Shown: piece by piece, positions 20,806-30,500 of the stretch
Position numbering within the stretch: the stretch's first letter is position 1
How the letters are laid out: every line of letters starts with the position of its first letter
Assembly (NCBI GenBank): GCA_900550495.1
Contig: URSJ01000002.1
Coordinates: 570 to 64,569, forward strand
Reading direction: 5' to 3'
Source of the DNA: an uncultured Rickettsiales bacterium
Lineage (GTDB): Bacteria; Pseudomonadota; Alphaproteobacteria; Rs-D84
Length of the DNA stretch: 64,000 nt
The notes under the pieces: model-generated
Seen by the model: the letters and a program-made list of their open reading frames with translations, nothing else
What the model was told of the DNA's origin: nothing
Databases searched by the model: none
Position numbers and translations under genes: made by a program

Positions 20806-22384
20806 ACTCTTTGCGGATGGGGTATTTGCCGTCAATCAAATTCTGCCGCACAACATGATGTTTCACTTTCTGTGTGCTGGTCATTGGCAGTTCGTCGGTC
20901 GTCATGGCAAAGTGCGTTACCCATTTATATGACGCAACCTTTTTATTCGCCAGGGCAACCGCCGCAGCCAATTTTTCCAGCGTCATATCTTTGTCCACAC
21001 TGAATACGCCATAAGTCACCGTTTTATCCTTGACGCGGTGTTCAAACACGGCAACGTTTTTCACGCCTGGGATTTTTATAAACAATCCTTCCAGTTCATC
21101 AGGATAAACGTTTTTACCACTGTCCAAAACAATCACTTGTTTTTTGCGGCCGGCGAAATGCAATTCGCCATTTTTATCCATAGATACCATATCGCCTGTG
21201 TTAAAGAATCCACGCTCGTCAAACACCTGTTCGTTGACTGTCGGATTATCCAGGTATCCACCAAACACCTGGTGCCCACGCAACCACAGAACGCCAACGC
21301 CATCTTCGTTTTTATCGCGAATTTCACATTCGTTATTTGATGTTGGCGCACCAAACGCAAACGGGAAACGACGCTTGGTCGGCTTGGAAATACATATTGG
21401 CCCAACGGTTTCGGTAAGTCCGTATCCCTGGATAAATGTCAGCCCCAGGCGTTCATAGAACTTTTCCACCTCGGGCTTGGTGGCGGCACCACCTGCAATC
21501 AGCAAACGCGCACGTCCACCGAATATCGCCAGAACCGGTTCTTGAACCTTGCGCACCAGGAATCCCAGACCAATTTTTTCCAACGTCTTGCCGTATTTCA
21601 ATACGAACGACGCCATCCACCACATTTTCTTTTCCTTTAACGCATCAATGATACGGTTTCTGATAACCTCAAACAATCTGGGAACGGCCGGAATAATCTG
21701 TGGTTTGTATTTCTTGAAATCCGCCATAATTTCCTTTGGATTTACGGTCGGTTGCAACAGCATACCAGACCCATAATGCATAGTTGCCAAAATTTCAACC
21801 GCAAAACCAAAGATGTGATACATTGGCAAGAAACCATACATAATATCACCCGCACTAATCCATTCGCGCATATCTTCCAATGAATTCGCGCATTCAATCA
21901 GGTTAAAGTGTGTCAATGGCACCACCTTGGGCGTGCCAGTTGACCCCGATGTAAATGACAGCGTTGCAATCTCGGTTGATTCAACCGGTGCCGCGGTCAG
22001 CTCTGGATTCGGCTTGCCGTCTTTTTTCGTAATGTCATAAAAATTAAACTTGTCCGTTTTATAGAAAAACGACTTTTCCGCGCAAATCATTTTGCATTTT
22101 GTGATTTCCGCCATATTGTCATATTCAAACGGTGTCAGATTTGTATCCAGCAGCAATACGCGACCACCCAGATACCAAATTGCAAACATAGTAATTGGAA
22201 ACTGGGGGATATTGTGTGCCAAAACACCGACAACATCACCGCGTCCGATTCCCGTCGCGTTCAATGACGCTGCACGCGCACGTACCATTTCTGAAAATTC
22301 AGAAAACGTGATGTTTTCGCGCACCAAAATCAGATAATCAGGCCATGTTGCAACCGCCCTTTCTAGCAATTGATACATATTCAT
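20804..22384 (-). CDS. AMP-dependent synthetase/ligase (long-chain acyl-CoA synthetase-like)
   Basis: The AMP-binding motif LSFTSGSTGTPKVV and the GYGLTET and TGD...DG motifs are present. I placed the start at MNMYQLLER (22384). The longer ORF upstream runs antisense into xthA. Confidence 0.8.
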   Translation of the reverse strand: MNMYQLLERAVATWPDYLILVRENITFSEFSEMVRARAASLNATGIGRGDVVGVLAHNIPQFPITMFAIWYLGGRVLLLDTNLTPFEYDNMAEITKCKMICAEKSFFYKTDKFNFYDITKKDGKPNPELTAAPVESTEIATLSFTSGSTGTPKVVPLTHFNLIECANSLEDMREWISAGDIMYGFLPMYHIFGFAVEILATMHYGSGMLLQPTVNPKEIMADFKKYKPQIIPAVPRLFEVIRNRIIDALKEKKMWWMASFVLKYGKTLEKIGLGFLVRKVQEPVLAIFGGRARLLIAGGAATKPEVEKFYERLGLTFIQGYGLTETVGPICISKPTKRRFPFAFGAPTSNNECEIRDKNEDGVGVLWLRGHQVFGGYLDNPTVNEQVFDERGFFNTGDMVSMDKNGELHFAGRKKQVIVLDSGKNVYPDELEGLFIKIPGVKNVAVFEHRVKDKTVTYGVFSVDKDMTLEKLAAAVALANKKVASYKWVTHFAMTTDELPMTSTQKVKHHVVRQNLIDGKYPIRKE

Positions 22385-22454
22385 CGTAAAAAATTCCTTG
22401 TTTTTTTTATATTGGACTGACAGTATTATATATCCAAAGGAAAAGATTGCAAAT

Positions 22455-23225
22455 ATGAAAATTCTAACACTGAATATAAACTCTATTCGCGCCCACGCCG
22501 AGAGCTTTATTGACATCCTGCGTGCGGGCGAATACGACACAATCCTGGTCCAGGAATTAAAGGTTGAAACCGCTGGCTTTCCACATAACCTATTTGATGA
22601 ATACGGATATAACGTCAAAGTTTTTGGCCAAAAAAGCTGGAACGGTGTCGCAACATTTTCTAAATATTCCATCGAAGATGTGACAATGGGGCTGCCCACG
22701 TATCCAGATATGAACGCACGATTTTTGGAATGTGTGGTTGATGGGCGCGTGCGATTGATAAACGTGTATATGCCTAATGGCGACACGGTGTCTTCGCCAA
22801 AGTTTCCGTATAAACTGGAATGGATGGCGGCATTTACAAAATATATCTCCCAATATTTGAATTCGCCAGAACCTGTTATTATCGGCGGCGACTTTAACGT
22901 TGCACTGGCCGACATTGACGTATGGAAACCGGCAAACTATGTTGATATTGCAATTGCCGCACCCGCTGCACGCGCTGCGATGCAGGCATGGATTGACAGC
23001 GGCTGGACCGATGTTTGGCGCGTGCAACATCCTGGTACCGTCGGCTTTACATGGTTCGGATACCGCGGTGGCGACACCGTTGGTAAAAATATGGGATTGC
23101 GATTAGATTATTTTTTGGCGAATCCCGCAGCAATGCAATTGATTAAACATTGCGAAATAGACATCGCACCACGTATGGCAGCCAAGCCAACCGATCATTG
23201 TGGTTTAATGTTGTCGCTGAAATAA
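22455..23225 (+). CDS. xthA: Exodeoxyribonuclease III
   Basis: The sequence MKILTLNINSIRAH...LVQELK...GDFNV...DHCGL shows the EEP nuclease motifs. The start is preceded by AAGGAAAAG. Confidence 0.9.
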   Translation: MKILTLNINSIRAHAESFIDILRAGEYDTILVQELKVETAGFPHNLFDEYGYNVKVFGQKSWNGVATFSKYSIEDVTMGLPTYPDMNARFLECVVDGRVRLINVYMPNGDTVSSPKFPYKLEWMAAFTKYISQYLNSPEPVIIGGDFNVALADIDVWKPANYVDIAIAAPAARAAMQAWIDSGWTDVWRVQHPGTVGFTWFGYRGGDTVGKNMGLRLDYFLANPAAMQLIKHCEIDIAPRMAAKPTDHCGLMLSLK

Positions 23226-23234
23226 AAAACGACA

Positions 23235-25751
23235 TCAATCATTTTTACGTGCCAGGTCGTCCCAGGCCTGGTATTTTTTATCGCCTGTTTCGCGATATTC
23301 ATATGCCGCGCCGCCCGCCGAATACATATTTACCAAACTGGTTGTTTTTTCAACTGCCGCCGCTATCATTTCCGCAGTGGTTGCTGCATCATATTCAATC
23401 GGACGCACATCGCCATTTTTTAATTGCAAGAACACCATCACAGGTGTTTTTGATTTTTCTGTTGTGCGAATCTTGAATCCCCCAGATTGTAGCATATATG
23501 CCTCTAGCGGTAATTGTGGCATATTCCCCTGGGCCAGTTGTGATTTGTTTGGTGCCGTCCCAGTCTTTATATCCAGAACGCCCCCGTCCCAAATTCGGTC
23601 TGCGCGCGCACGAACATTACGCCCCGCGATATTTACCACGCCACCTGTTTCTATTTCTGCATCTGGGCAGGCCATCAAATATCCAATCGCCACAGGCGCG
23701 ATTTCCATAAAACGTTTATGCCAGAAATGAAATATTATACTGTCCCCGCCCAGCACGGCACGTGCCCGCGCATCCATATCGGCAACCAATGCTGCGACGG
23801 TTTTGCCAGGTTTTATATCTTCCAGTGCCGCATGCACCAACATTCCAAACGCGCGTGCGTCAGGTGGCAACCAATAATCATCACACGGCTGCAAACGCAA
23901 GATATGCCGCGCATAGAAAGCATACGGATTATGTATCAATGTTTCTAATTCGGTCACATACACATCTGACCAATCAGCCGGTGGCATCGGTGCGCGATAA
24001 TCCAGTGGCCGCGCCGGCACAACATCACGCCCACGCACAGCGTTCAATATATCATCGGCCGCCGTCCGGTCAAACGCGCCACCACGCACCGCCACACGCG
24101 ACAAGAAACGTGATTCTGTCGTTTGGACACCACCGGATACGCGGCTGCGCGTCCAATAAACATCTGACCCACACGACAAATTCATAAAGTCCAAAGATTG
24201 CAACGATACTTTTCTATCGGCCGACGGCAACCCAATTTGGCGTGCAATTCTCGTTGGCAACCACGCGTTTTCATATCCACGCGCAGGAAACATACCCTCG
24301 TTCAGTGCAGACAAAATAACAACATCAGCAGTCTGCATACGTGATTCAATCGTCCCCAACACGACGACGCGTGCAGTGTCATTCGCCACACCGCGCACCG
24401 TAACCGATGAAATCGCATCAGCCAAGAACGCCCGCGCATCGGCAACTGTTGGCACAATCTCTGCATCACGCATACACGCCGAAATGTTCTGTATTGCCGA
24501 CCAAATTTGCAATGAAGCCGCATCTGACACATCAAACATCGGCGCAAACATATCGCGATTTTCATCAACCATACGAATTATTGTTTCCATCAAATTCCCG
24601 TGCGAGGCCGCATACATTTTATCAAATGTCACACTATCTCCACGTTCAATCCAATCATCAAACACGTTCAATATCGCACGCCCCGCCGGCGTCATTGTGC
24701 CGGGCACACCACCAGAAAAGTCCGCGTCAATCCCACGCGACGCCAAACAATACGCAACCCGCTGATTCCCGGCGGCATCCGGCGTTATAACCAACACAGA
24801 TTTATTTTCTGACACCGCGCGTGCCGCAATTTCAGCGATAACGGCGGCCTCTTCACTTTCGCGGGCGCATTCAATTAAATGACAATGACTAATCGCTGCG
24901 CCATTATCTGAACGCGCGGGATTATTTCCAAACGCGTAATTTAAAAAGTCAATTGGTGATGGACCAACATCAATCGGTTGCACATCTCCAGGTGTCATTC
25001 CCAACGACAACAGAAACTTATATTCTGCATTGTATGGATTTGTGTCACGCGATAAATCGTCCGGCGCACCCATAATTTTACCAGACAGAATCACACGACC
25101 ATTTTCACGCGCCGCCACCGCACGCATTAAATCCGCAGTTGCAGGCACACTGGCCGTTGAAGCACAAACAACAACCAATTCGTATTTATCCAGCGCATCA
25201 CCCCACCCGCGAATATCAGCATTTCGCGCCGCAGTCTGGGTCGGACGCGCGGCAAAACATGCCGGCAACGTGCGCGTTAAAATATTCAGTAAATTTGCCT
25301 TGCGCTGAAAATGTCGCGCATACGCGTCACCAACCAACGCATTCCAATCAATCGCACTGGCGTCCACCCCTTCGTTTTCCAGGTAATCTGTCATACGCAC
25401 CAAATCGTGCGCAACTGGCAAAGCCGCGGCCACACTTCCGATACTGGCGTCGGCTGACAATAATTTAGCCAGCATAACATAACGCGCCATATTTGGCACC
25501 GCGGTGGCATCTGTATCTGAAATAAAATCCGGGTCATCAAGCCCTTCGCCCAACGCAACCAAGTGTGGTAAAATTATTGCCCCCCCAGATTTCTGCGCCA
25601 GAGTTTTTTCAACCGTTCGCACAGCGCGACGGCTGGGCAAGAATATCAATGTACGTGACAATTCCGCGCCCGACGACGCCAGCAAATTCCACAACGCGTC
25701 TGACATTTTTGCCGGATTAGTTGCATAAAATATATTTTTATTTGATGCCAA
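23235..25751 (-). CDS. addB: Double-strand break repair protein AddB (alphaproteobacterial type, C-terminal PD-(D/E)xK nuclease)
   Basis: The N-terminus reads LIFLPSRRAVRTVEKTL...ILPHLVALGE. The C-terminal RADRIWDGGVLDIKTGTAP is a RecB-like nuclease motif. No addA is adjacent. Confidence 0.7.
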   Translation of the reverse strand: MASNKNIFYATNPAKMSDALWNLLASSGAELSRTLIFLPSRRAVRTVEKTLAQKSGGAIILPHLVALGEGLDDPDFISDTDATAVPNMARYVMLAKLLSADASIGSVAAALPVAHDLVRMTDYLENEGVDASAIDWNALVGDAYARHFQRKANLLNILTRTLPACFAARPTQTAARNADIRGWGDALDKYELVVVCASTASVPATADLMRAVAARENGRVILSGKIMGAPDDLSRDTNPYNAEYKFLLSLGMTPGDVQPIDVGPSPIDFLNYAFGNNPARSDNGAAISHCHLIECARESEEAAVIAEIAARAVSENKSVLVITPDAAGNQRVAYCLASRGIDADFSGGVPGTMTPAGRAILNVFDDWIERGDSVTFDKMYAASHGNLMETIIRMVDENRDMFAPMFDVSDAASLQIWSAIQNISACMRDAEIVPTVADARAFLADAISSVTVRGVANDTARVVVLGTIESRMQTADVVILSALNEGMFPARGYENAWLPTRIARQIGLPSADRKVSLQSLDFMNLSCGSDVYWTRSRVSGGVQTTESRFLSRVAVRGGAFDRTAADDILNAVRGRDVVPARPLDYRAPMPPADWSDVYVTELETLIHNPYAFYARHILRLQPCDDYWLPPDARAFGMLVHAALEDIKPGKTVAALVADMDARARAVLGGDSIIFHFWHKRFMEIAPVAIGYLMACPDAEIETGGVVNIAGRNVRARADRIWDGGVLDIKTGTAPNKSQLAQGNMPQLPLEAYMLQSGGFKIRTTEKSKTPVMVFLQLKNGDVRPIEYDAATTAEMIAAAVEKTTSLVNMYSAGGAAYEYRETGDKKYQAWDDLARKND

Positions 25752-26289
25752 TTTGCGCCCTTATTGGTTCCAGCCCTGTTTTCTTTTCCGCCGATGTTTC
25801 CAAAATCTCTGCCATCATTGCAGGGTGATTTTCATGCGACAAAGAAGACTGATTTGCTTCGCGTACACGCTTATCTTTTTTGGTCAAAACGATTTGATAT
25901 GCGACACCGTGCGCATCACAAAATTCCATCAGTTCTATATCAGACGGTCGCGCACCAATACGCGAATCAATCAAAATATATAACCGTGCCAGGTGTCGCG
26001 TCATCAAATATTCCTCTAATCGGCGCAACCAGCGCACAGTATCTGTGCGTGACGCCCGCGCATAACCATATCCCGGCAAATCAACAATCATCACCCGGTC
26101 GTCCAAATTAAACATATTTATCGATTGCGTGCGTCCCGGTGTATTTGATGTGCGTGCCACTGCCTGGCCAACAATCGCATTTATCAACGACGATTTGCCA
26201 ACATTACTACGTCCAATAAATGCGTATTCAGGAAACATCGTTCGTGGCAAAGACGCAACGGTTTCAAAACTGCCCACGAATTTAATCAT
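25738..26289 (-). CDS. engB: Ribosome-biogenesis GTPase EngB/YihA
   Basis: The motifs FIGRSNVGKSSLINA, DLPGYGYA and TKKDK are present. Confidence 0.9.
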   Translation of the reverse strand: MIKFVGSFETVASLPRTMFPEYAFIGRSNVGKSSLINAIVGQAVARTSNTPGRTQSINMFNLDDRVMIVDLPGYGYARASRTDTVRWLRRLEEYLMTRHLARLYILIDSRIGARPSDIELMEFCDAHGVAYQIVLTKKDKRVREANQSSLSHENHPAMMAEILETSAEKKTGLEPIRAQIGIK

Positions 26290-27082
26290 TTGTTTCCTCT
26301 TTGTTTAGCATGCGACGATATGCCTCTTTCTTGGAAATGCCGGCACGCGCCGCCAATGCAGACGCTGCCGATTTCGTAGAATTAGCAACAATGTCATTTA
26401 CAATATCTGTGATTTCATCATCACTCATTTTGTGGTCTTGTGCAGGTGCAACCACAATTACAATTTCACCGCGTGGCGGCTCGATATTCACCAGTTCCGC
26501 AGGATATCCAATTATCGCTTCTTCGTGAATTTTTGTTATTTCGCGCACAATGGCAATTTGGCGGTCCGGCATTACCCGCGCCAGCGCGGCAATTGTTGTC
26601 ATTATACGATTAGGACTTTCGTAATAAATAATAGTATGACGGATTTTGTTATCATCACGTAATTTCTTTTCATCAAAAAAACCACAAAATGTAAATCGGT
26701 CGGTCGGAAATCCAGACAGCACCAACGCAGCCACCCCAGCCGTAGGCCCCGGCACAACAAACACTGGCACCCCGGCCGTTCGCGCCGCACGCACCAAACG
26801 AAAGCCTGGATCTGATACTGCGGGCATACCCGCATCAGATACTGCCGCAATCGTCATACCATTTTGTAATTTTTCAACCAATTCTGGCACAACATCGCGT
26901 TCATTATGGTCGTGACAGGCAACCCGTGGGGTTTTAATATCAAAATGCGATGCCAGTTTTGCAAAAACGCGTGTATCTTCGGCCGCAATTAAATCCGCAT
27001 TTTTCAGTGTTTCAATCGCACGTGGCGACATATCGGACAAATTTCCAATTGGCGTTCCAACAATATAAAGCCCTGATTGCAT
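26282..27082 (-). CDS. rsmI: 16S rRNA (cytidine1402-2'-O)-methyltransferase RsmI
   Basis: The sequence LYIVGTPIGNLSDMSPRAIETLKNADLIAAEDTR is present. I placed the start at MQSGL (27082). The longer ORF extension is antisense to the next gene. Confidence 0.88.
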   Translation of the reverse strand: MQSGLYIVGTPIGNLSDMSPRAIETLKNADLIAAEDTRVFAKLASHFDIKTPRVACHDHNERDVVPELVEKLQNGMTIAAVSDAGMPAVSDPGFRLVRAARTAGVPVFVVPGPTAGVAALVLSGFPTDRFTFCGFFDEKKLRDDNKIRHTIIYYESPNRIMTTIAALARVMPDRQIAIVREITKIHEEAIIGYPAELVNIEPPRGEIVIVVAPAQDHKMSDDEITDIVNDIVANSTKSAASALAARAGISKKEAYRRMLNKEETND

Positions 27083-27131
27083 TCGTAATCCTTTTATAGT
27101 AAAATGATACAGAATACGAACGGGATTTTCA

Positions 27132-28718
27132 ATGTTTATGAACAGATTTTTTAGTTTTTGCGCAATTGCAACAATTCTGGCCGGATGTGGTGGCGGTGGC
27201 ATTACCAGTTCCAACAACTGGGGGGCTGAATACGGCAATGACGTTGCCGGTACGCCGTCATCAATGCAATACGGGAATTTTTCCGCGACCGACGGCAACA
27301 TGCATCGCGTGGCAGTGTTATTGCCACTAAGTGGGCAAAACGCAAGTGCCGGCAAAACAATCCGCACATCGGTTGAAATGGCCGTTCTGCAAAGTGCACC
27401 ACAGAATCTGTCAGTAACATTTTTTGATACCGCACGCAGCGACGCATTTGAAAACGCCGCATCTGAAAAACCAGATGTTATAATTGGCCCCGTTTTTGCA
27501 GGCGACGCACGTATGTTAAACGCGATAAAATCCGTCGACACACCTGCCCTGTCGTTCACATCTGATGCAACAGCAGTTGGCGACGGAGTTATGACAATGA
27601 ACCTGATGCCCACCAACAGTGTCGAGGCTATTACCAAAGAAATGTCATCTGACAACGTGACTAAATTTGTAATTCTGGCACCAGACACAGAATCTGGACG
27701 TCTGATGGCGGGTACAGCGAAAAATGCGGCATCTATTTACGGGATAAAACTGGTTGGAATAATATATTACACACCAGGCAATTCTGAATCAATCAAGACC
27801 GCAGCAATACGCGCATCAATGAACGTGGCACGCACCGCAGCAAACACACGCGCCCGTGAAATATTATCTGATATTTTGACCAAAGAACGCCTGACTGCGA
27901 TTGAAAAATCCTCTTTATCAATGCAATTAGATAAAATATCAAAATCAGACACGCTAGGCACAGTCCCATATGATGCGGTTTTATTCTTGGGTGCTGGTGA
28001 TGACACGATGGCATTAGCATCTTTCTTGCGCTATTACAACGTGTCTGCGCGTGACGCGCGTTTTTATGGCACCACAATGTGGGACGGTTCAAATATAACA
28101 TCTGACTTTACAATGTCTGGGGCAAAGTATGCAGCCTTGCCTGAAATAAATGAAAATTTTGCTAACCTTTATTCCCAGATATCTGGTACTGCACCGTCAC
28201 ATCTGGCGGCATTTGGATATGATGCTGCAAATATGGCAATAGGCATGATTTATTCTGATAAATCAGACGCCGCATACCTGTTGGACCCCAGCGGTTATAT
28301 CGGGGTCAGTGGCTTGGTTCGCCTGCGTCCAAACGGGGACAGCCAACGCGCATTGCGTATATTAGAACTGGACGCCAGTGGCACCCCACGCATCGTGCGT
28401 GCCGCACCACAAAACTTTATAACACCGATTTACAACATTGAACAACGTCACATTATCCCGGCCTCTGAAATGGCACTGGAAACAGACGGTATAAATCCGA
28501 TGAACTATATCCGTATCCCAGAACGCCTGAACAGAAAATATAAATCCAAGACTTTTGGCGCGAACATGACGCACACCGCCGCTGTGACACCACCAGTTGA
28601 AAATATAACTGTCCTGCCCGAAGATGACAGTGACCCAATTGAAAATCCAGACTTTCAACCGTCCAGCCTGGAAAGCGTCAACCGCACCTATATCGACAGC
28701 GTGGAAATAGAAGAGTAA
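27132..28718 (+). CDS. LpoA/LppC-like lipoprotein (periplasmic-binding-protein fold, putative penicillin-binding-protein activator)
   Basis: The lipobox is ILAGC. A type-I PBP-like body is present (VAVLLPLSGQNASAGKTIRTSVEMA). It is divergent from rsmI, as lpoA (yraM) is from rsmI (yraL) in E. coli. Confidence 0.55.
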   Translation: MFMNRFFSFCAIATILAGCGGGGITSSNNWGAEYGNDVAGTPSSMQYGNFSATDGNMHRVAVLLPLSGQNASAGKTIRTSVEMAVLQSAPQNLSVTFFDTARSDAFENAASEKPDVIIGPVFAGDARMLNAIKSVDTPALSFTSDATAVGDGVMTMNLMPTNSVEAITKEMSSDNVTKFVILAPDTESGRLMAGTAKNAASIYGIKLVGIIYYTPGNSESIKTAAIRASMNVARTAANTRAREILSDILTKERLTAIEKSSLSMQLDKISKSDTLGTVPYDAVLFLGAGDDTMALASFLRYYNVSARDARFYGTTMWDGSNITSDFTMSGAKYAALPEINENFANLYSQISGTAPSHLAAFGYDAANMAIGMIYSDKSDAAYLLDPSGYIGVSGLVRLRPNGDSQRALRILELDASGTPRIVRAAPQNFITPIYNIEQRHIIPASEMALETDGINPMNYIRIPERLNRKYKSKTFGANMTHTAAVTPPVENITVLPEDDSDPIENPDFQPSSLESVNRTYIDSVEIEE

Positions 28719-28726
28719 GAAAAATA

Positions 28727-28758
28727 AAACCACCCACGTTCGTGGGTGGTTTTATTTT
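28727..28758 (+). terminator. Rho-independent terminator after the LpoA-like gene
   Basis: The hairpin aaaccacccacg-tt-cgtgggtggttt is followed by a T-rich tail. Confidence 0.75.
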
Positions 28759-28901
28759 GGTGGGAATCAGCTTGCACTAATCGAGCAGAAAACAAACAGC
28801 AATTTACTGATTTAATACAACAGATGAAAAGGTCAAACAATTAAAGTTGCAAAAAATTATATACATAATATGATATTATCAAATACACAAGAGGTTCTTT
28901 T

Positions 28902-29333
28902 ATGAAAAAAATTCTCATTTTTAGTATGTTATTTTTATGCGGATGTGCAACACCACATACAGGATTTGAGGTTGAACAATTACGGACAAATGAAATATTG
29001 GGTACAGGATATGAAAAACTAGATGGTAAATTATATCGTATATTTTGTGGTGGAAATGGCTATGCTAGTTATCAGTTTGTAAAAGATAATTGTATGCAAA
29101 ATACCGCAAAGTTTGTAAATGATAATGGTTATCAATATTTTTCAATGTTAGCAAATACAGGTGATACAGAAAAAAGCACAGGCGGTTATGTTTCTAATGG
29201 TGTTTTTGTTCCCTATGAAATAGTAAAACACGCCCAATATTATACAATTATGTTTTTAACCAAAAATGAAACTAAAACAGCATCAAACTTTTATAAAGTT
29301 TCGGATTATTACACACCAGAAGAAAAAAAATAA
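28902..29333 (+). CDS. Small lipoprotein, unknown function (AT-rich islet)
   Basis: The signal peptide and lipobox read MKKILIFSMLFLCGC. The composition is clearly more AT-rich than the flanks. Confidence 0.55.
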   Translation: MKKILIFSMLFLCGCATPHTGFEVEQLRTNEILGTGYEKLDGKLYRIFCGGNGYASYQFVKDNCMQNTAKFVNDNGYQYFSMLANTGDTEKSTGGYVSNGVFVPYEIVKHAQYYTIMFLTKNETKTASNFYKVSDYYTPEEKK

Positions 29334-29467
29334 AGATTAACCAATCCAAAACCGCCTCGGTATATTCGAATGGGACGTCCCCTTGTAAATCTAGGCCGTT
29401 TGAACACTGATAAAATTTGGCGTTTTTCAATATGCTTTCTTTGAATAATTAAAAGTATTGTAAAATC

Positions 29468-29496
29468 AAAAAAAACCGCCATTTGGCGGTTATTTT
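29468..29496 (-). terminator. Terminator immediately downstream of tRNA-Tyr
   Basis: On the minus strand, the hairpin aaccgcc-aaat-ggcggtt is followed by TTTTTTTT. Confidence 0.75.
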
Positions 29497-29498
29497 AG

Positions 29499-29585
29499 TG
29501 GTGGGAGTGGCTGGATTCGAACCAGCTCAGGCTTAAGCCAACAGATTTACAGTCTGCCCCGGCTCTCCAACTCCGGCGCACGCCC
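29499..29585 (-). tRNA. tRNA-Tyr (GUA), long variable arm
   Basis: It folds as a cloverleaf. The anticodon stem is GCAGA/UCUGU with loop CUGUAAA. The T-arm is GCUGG-UUCGAAU-CCAGC and CCA is encoded. There is one C4:U69 acceptor mismatch and C at position 8. Confidence 0.8.
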
Positions 29586-29590
29586 AATCT

Positions 29591-29610
29591 CTTGGTGCGG
29601 GCAGCGGGAA
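29591..29610 (-). repeat. Duplicated 3'-end fragment of tRNA-Gly
   Basis: cttggtgcgggcagcgggaa is identical to 29704..29723, the 3' acceptor/T-stem of the intact tRNA-Gly plus 2 flanking nt. Confidence 0.8.
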
Positions 29611-29705
29611 ACCGAACGAACAAGAACACAATGAGTTGCGTTATTAGCAACGAATTGATGTTCGCATCGCGAGGTTACCCAACATACCGACGCACCCCTT
29701 ATCCT

Positions 29706-29780
29706 TGGTGCGGGCAGCGGGAATCGAACCCGCATTTCAAGCTTGGAAGGCTTGCATACTAGCCTTTGTACTATGCCCGC
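29706..29780 (-). tRNA. tRNA-Gly (UCC)
   Basis: The sequence is GCGGGCA...CAAGC-CUUCCAA-GCUUG...GCGGG-UUCGAUU-CCCGC-UGCCCGC-ACCA. The cloverleaf is clean. Confidence 0.9.
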
Positions 29781-29848
29781 AACAAATTGAAAGCCTGCTT
29801 ATTATAAATCAAATTTCCTAAAACGCAAGCCTTTATTGCGAACTGTGT

Positions 29849-30490
29849 TTAATTCATAGGCGGGAAACAATCGCCACCACTTTTCGGACAGCACGCGAAC
29901 GTTCCGCCCATATCGCGGAACAATTCATCGGCACAACAACCATACTTATTCGGCTTGGTGCCATCGGCGCACAGACCTGCCGCAATATTCGCATTTATTT
30001 CCGCCGCGATTTCTTCGTCTGTCTTGACAGGTGCATCGTCTTGAACTTCGGTATTTTCAACCGATTTCAGCACCATTGGCGTAAAGCACATACCGCCATC
30101 TGACGGGCAACAATTGAATCCCTGGTCGCCCATATCGGTATACGTTTCACCAGGACAACAACCATGCTCGTCCGGGGTATCACATGGTGCGCCAGGTGTG
30201 GCGATATTGTCAGGCTTTTTAGTATCATCGACTGCAACCGGTATGCGTGCGGCCGCAATAGTTTGCGCACCGCGACCGCCCGCCGCACGTTTAACACAAT
30301 CGCGACGATACTTTATACGCATATCTGTCAATTGTTTTGATTCATCATCTGTTAAATCATCACGCGCGACCAGTGTATCTATCTGGGTTTTAATATTCGC
30401 ACACGACATACGTGGCGCAACGTCCGCTGCATGTGCCACTGGGCGGCCAACACACACCAGCATCAAAATCACGACAAACAAATGCTTCAT
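29849..30490 (-). CDS. Secreted Cys-rich protein with an internally duplicated GCC...CCP...C-F-x-P-M module
   Basis: The signal peptide reads MKHLFVVILMLVCVGRPVAHA. The repeats are GCCPGETYTDMGDQGFNCCPSDGGMCFTPM and GCCADELFRDMGGTFACCPKSGGDCFPPM. An AAGGAG site lies 7 nt before the ATG at 30490. Confidence 0.6.
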   Translation of the reverse strand: MKHLFVVILMLVCVGRPVAHAADVAPRMSCANIKTQIDTLVARDDLTDDESKQLTDMRIKYRRDCVKRAAGGRGAQTIAAARIPVAVDDTKKPDNIATPGAPCDTPDEHGCCPGETYTDMGDQGFNCCPSDGGMCFTPMVLKSVENTEVQDDAPVKTDEEIAAEINANIAAGLCADGTKPNKYGCCADELFRDMGGTFACCPKSGGDCFPPMN

Positions 30491-30500
30491 AACGCACTCC

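Noticed and set aside
22385-22915. The N-terminal 177 codons of the 703-aa minus-strand ORF (20804..22915).
   Set aside because: The AMP-binding enzyme clearly begins at MNMYQLLER (22384). The extension is antisense to the well-supported xthA gene and has no protein-like features.
27083-27688. The upstream extension of the rsmI ORF (the 468-aa version).
   Set aside because: RsmI homology starts at MQSGLYIVGTPIGN. The extension runs antisense through the LpoA-like gene and its promoter region.
29547-29735. A 62-aa ORF across the tRNA-Tyr/tRNA-Gly interval.
   Set aside because: It is made entirely of tRNA sequence and the tRNA-fragment spacer, so it is not coding.
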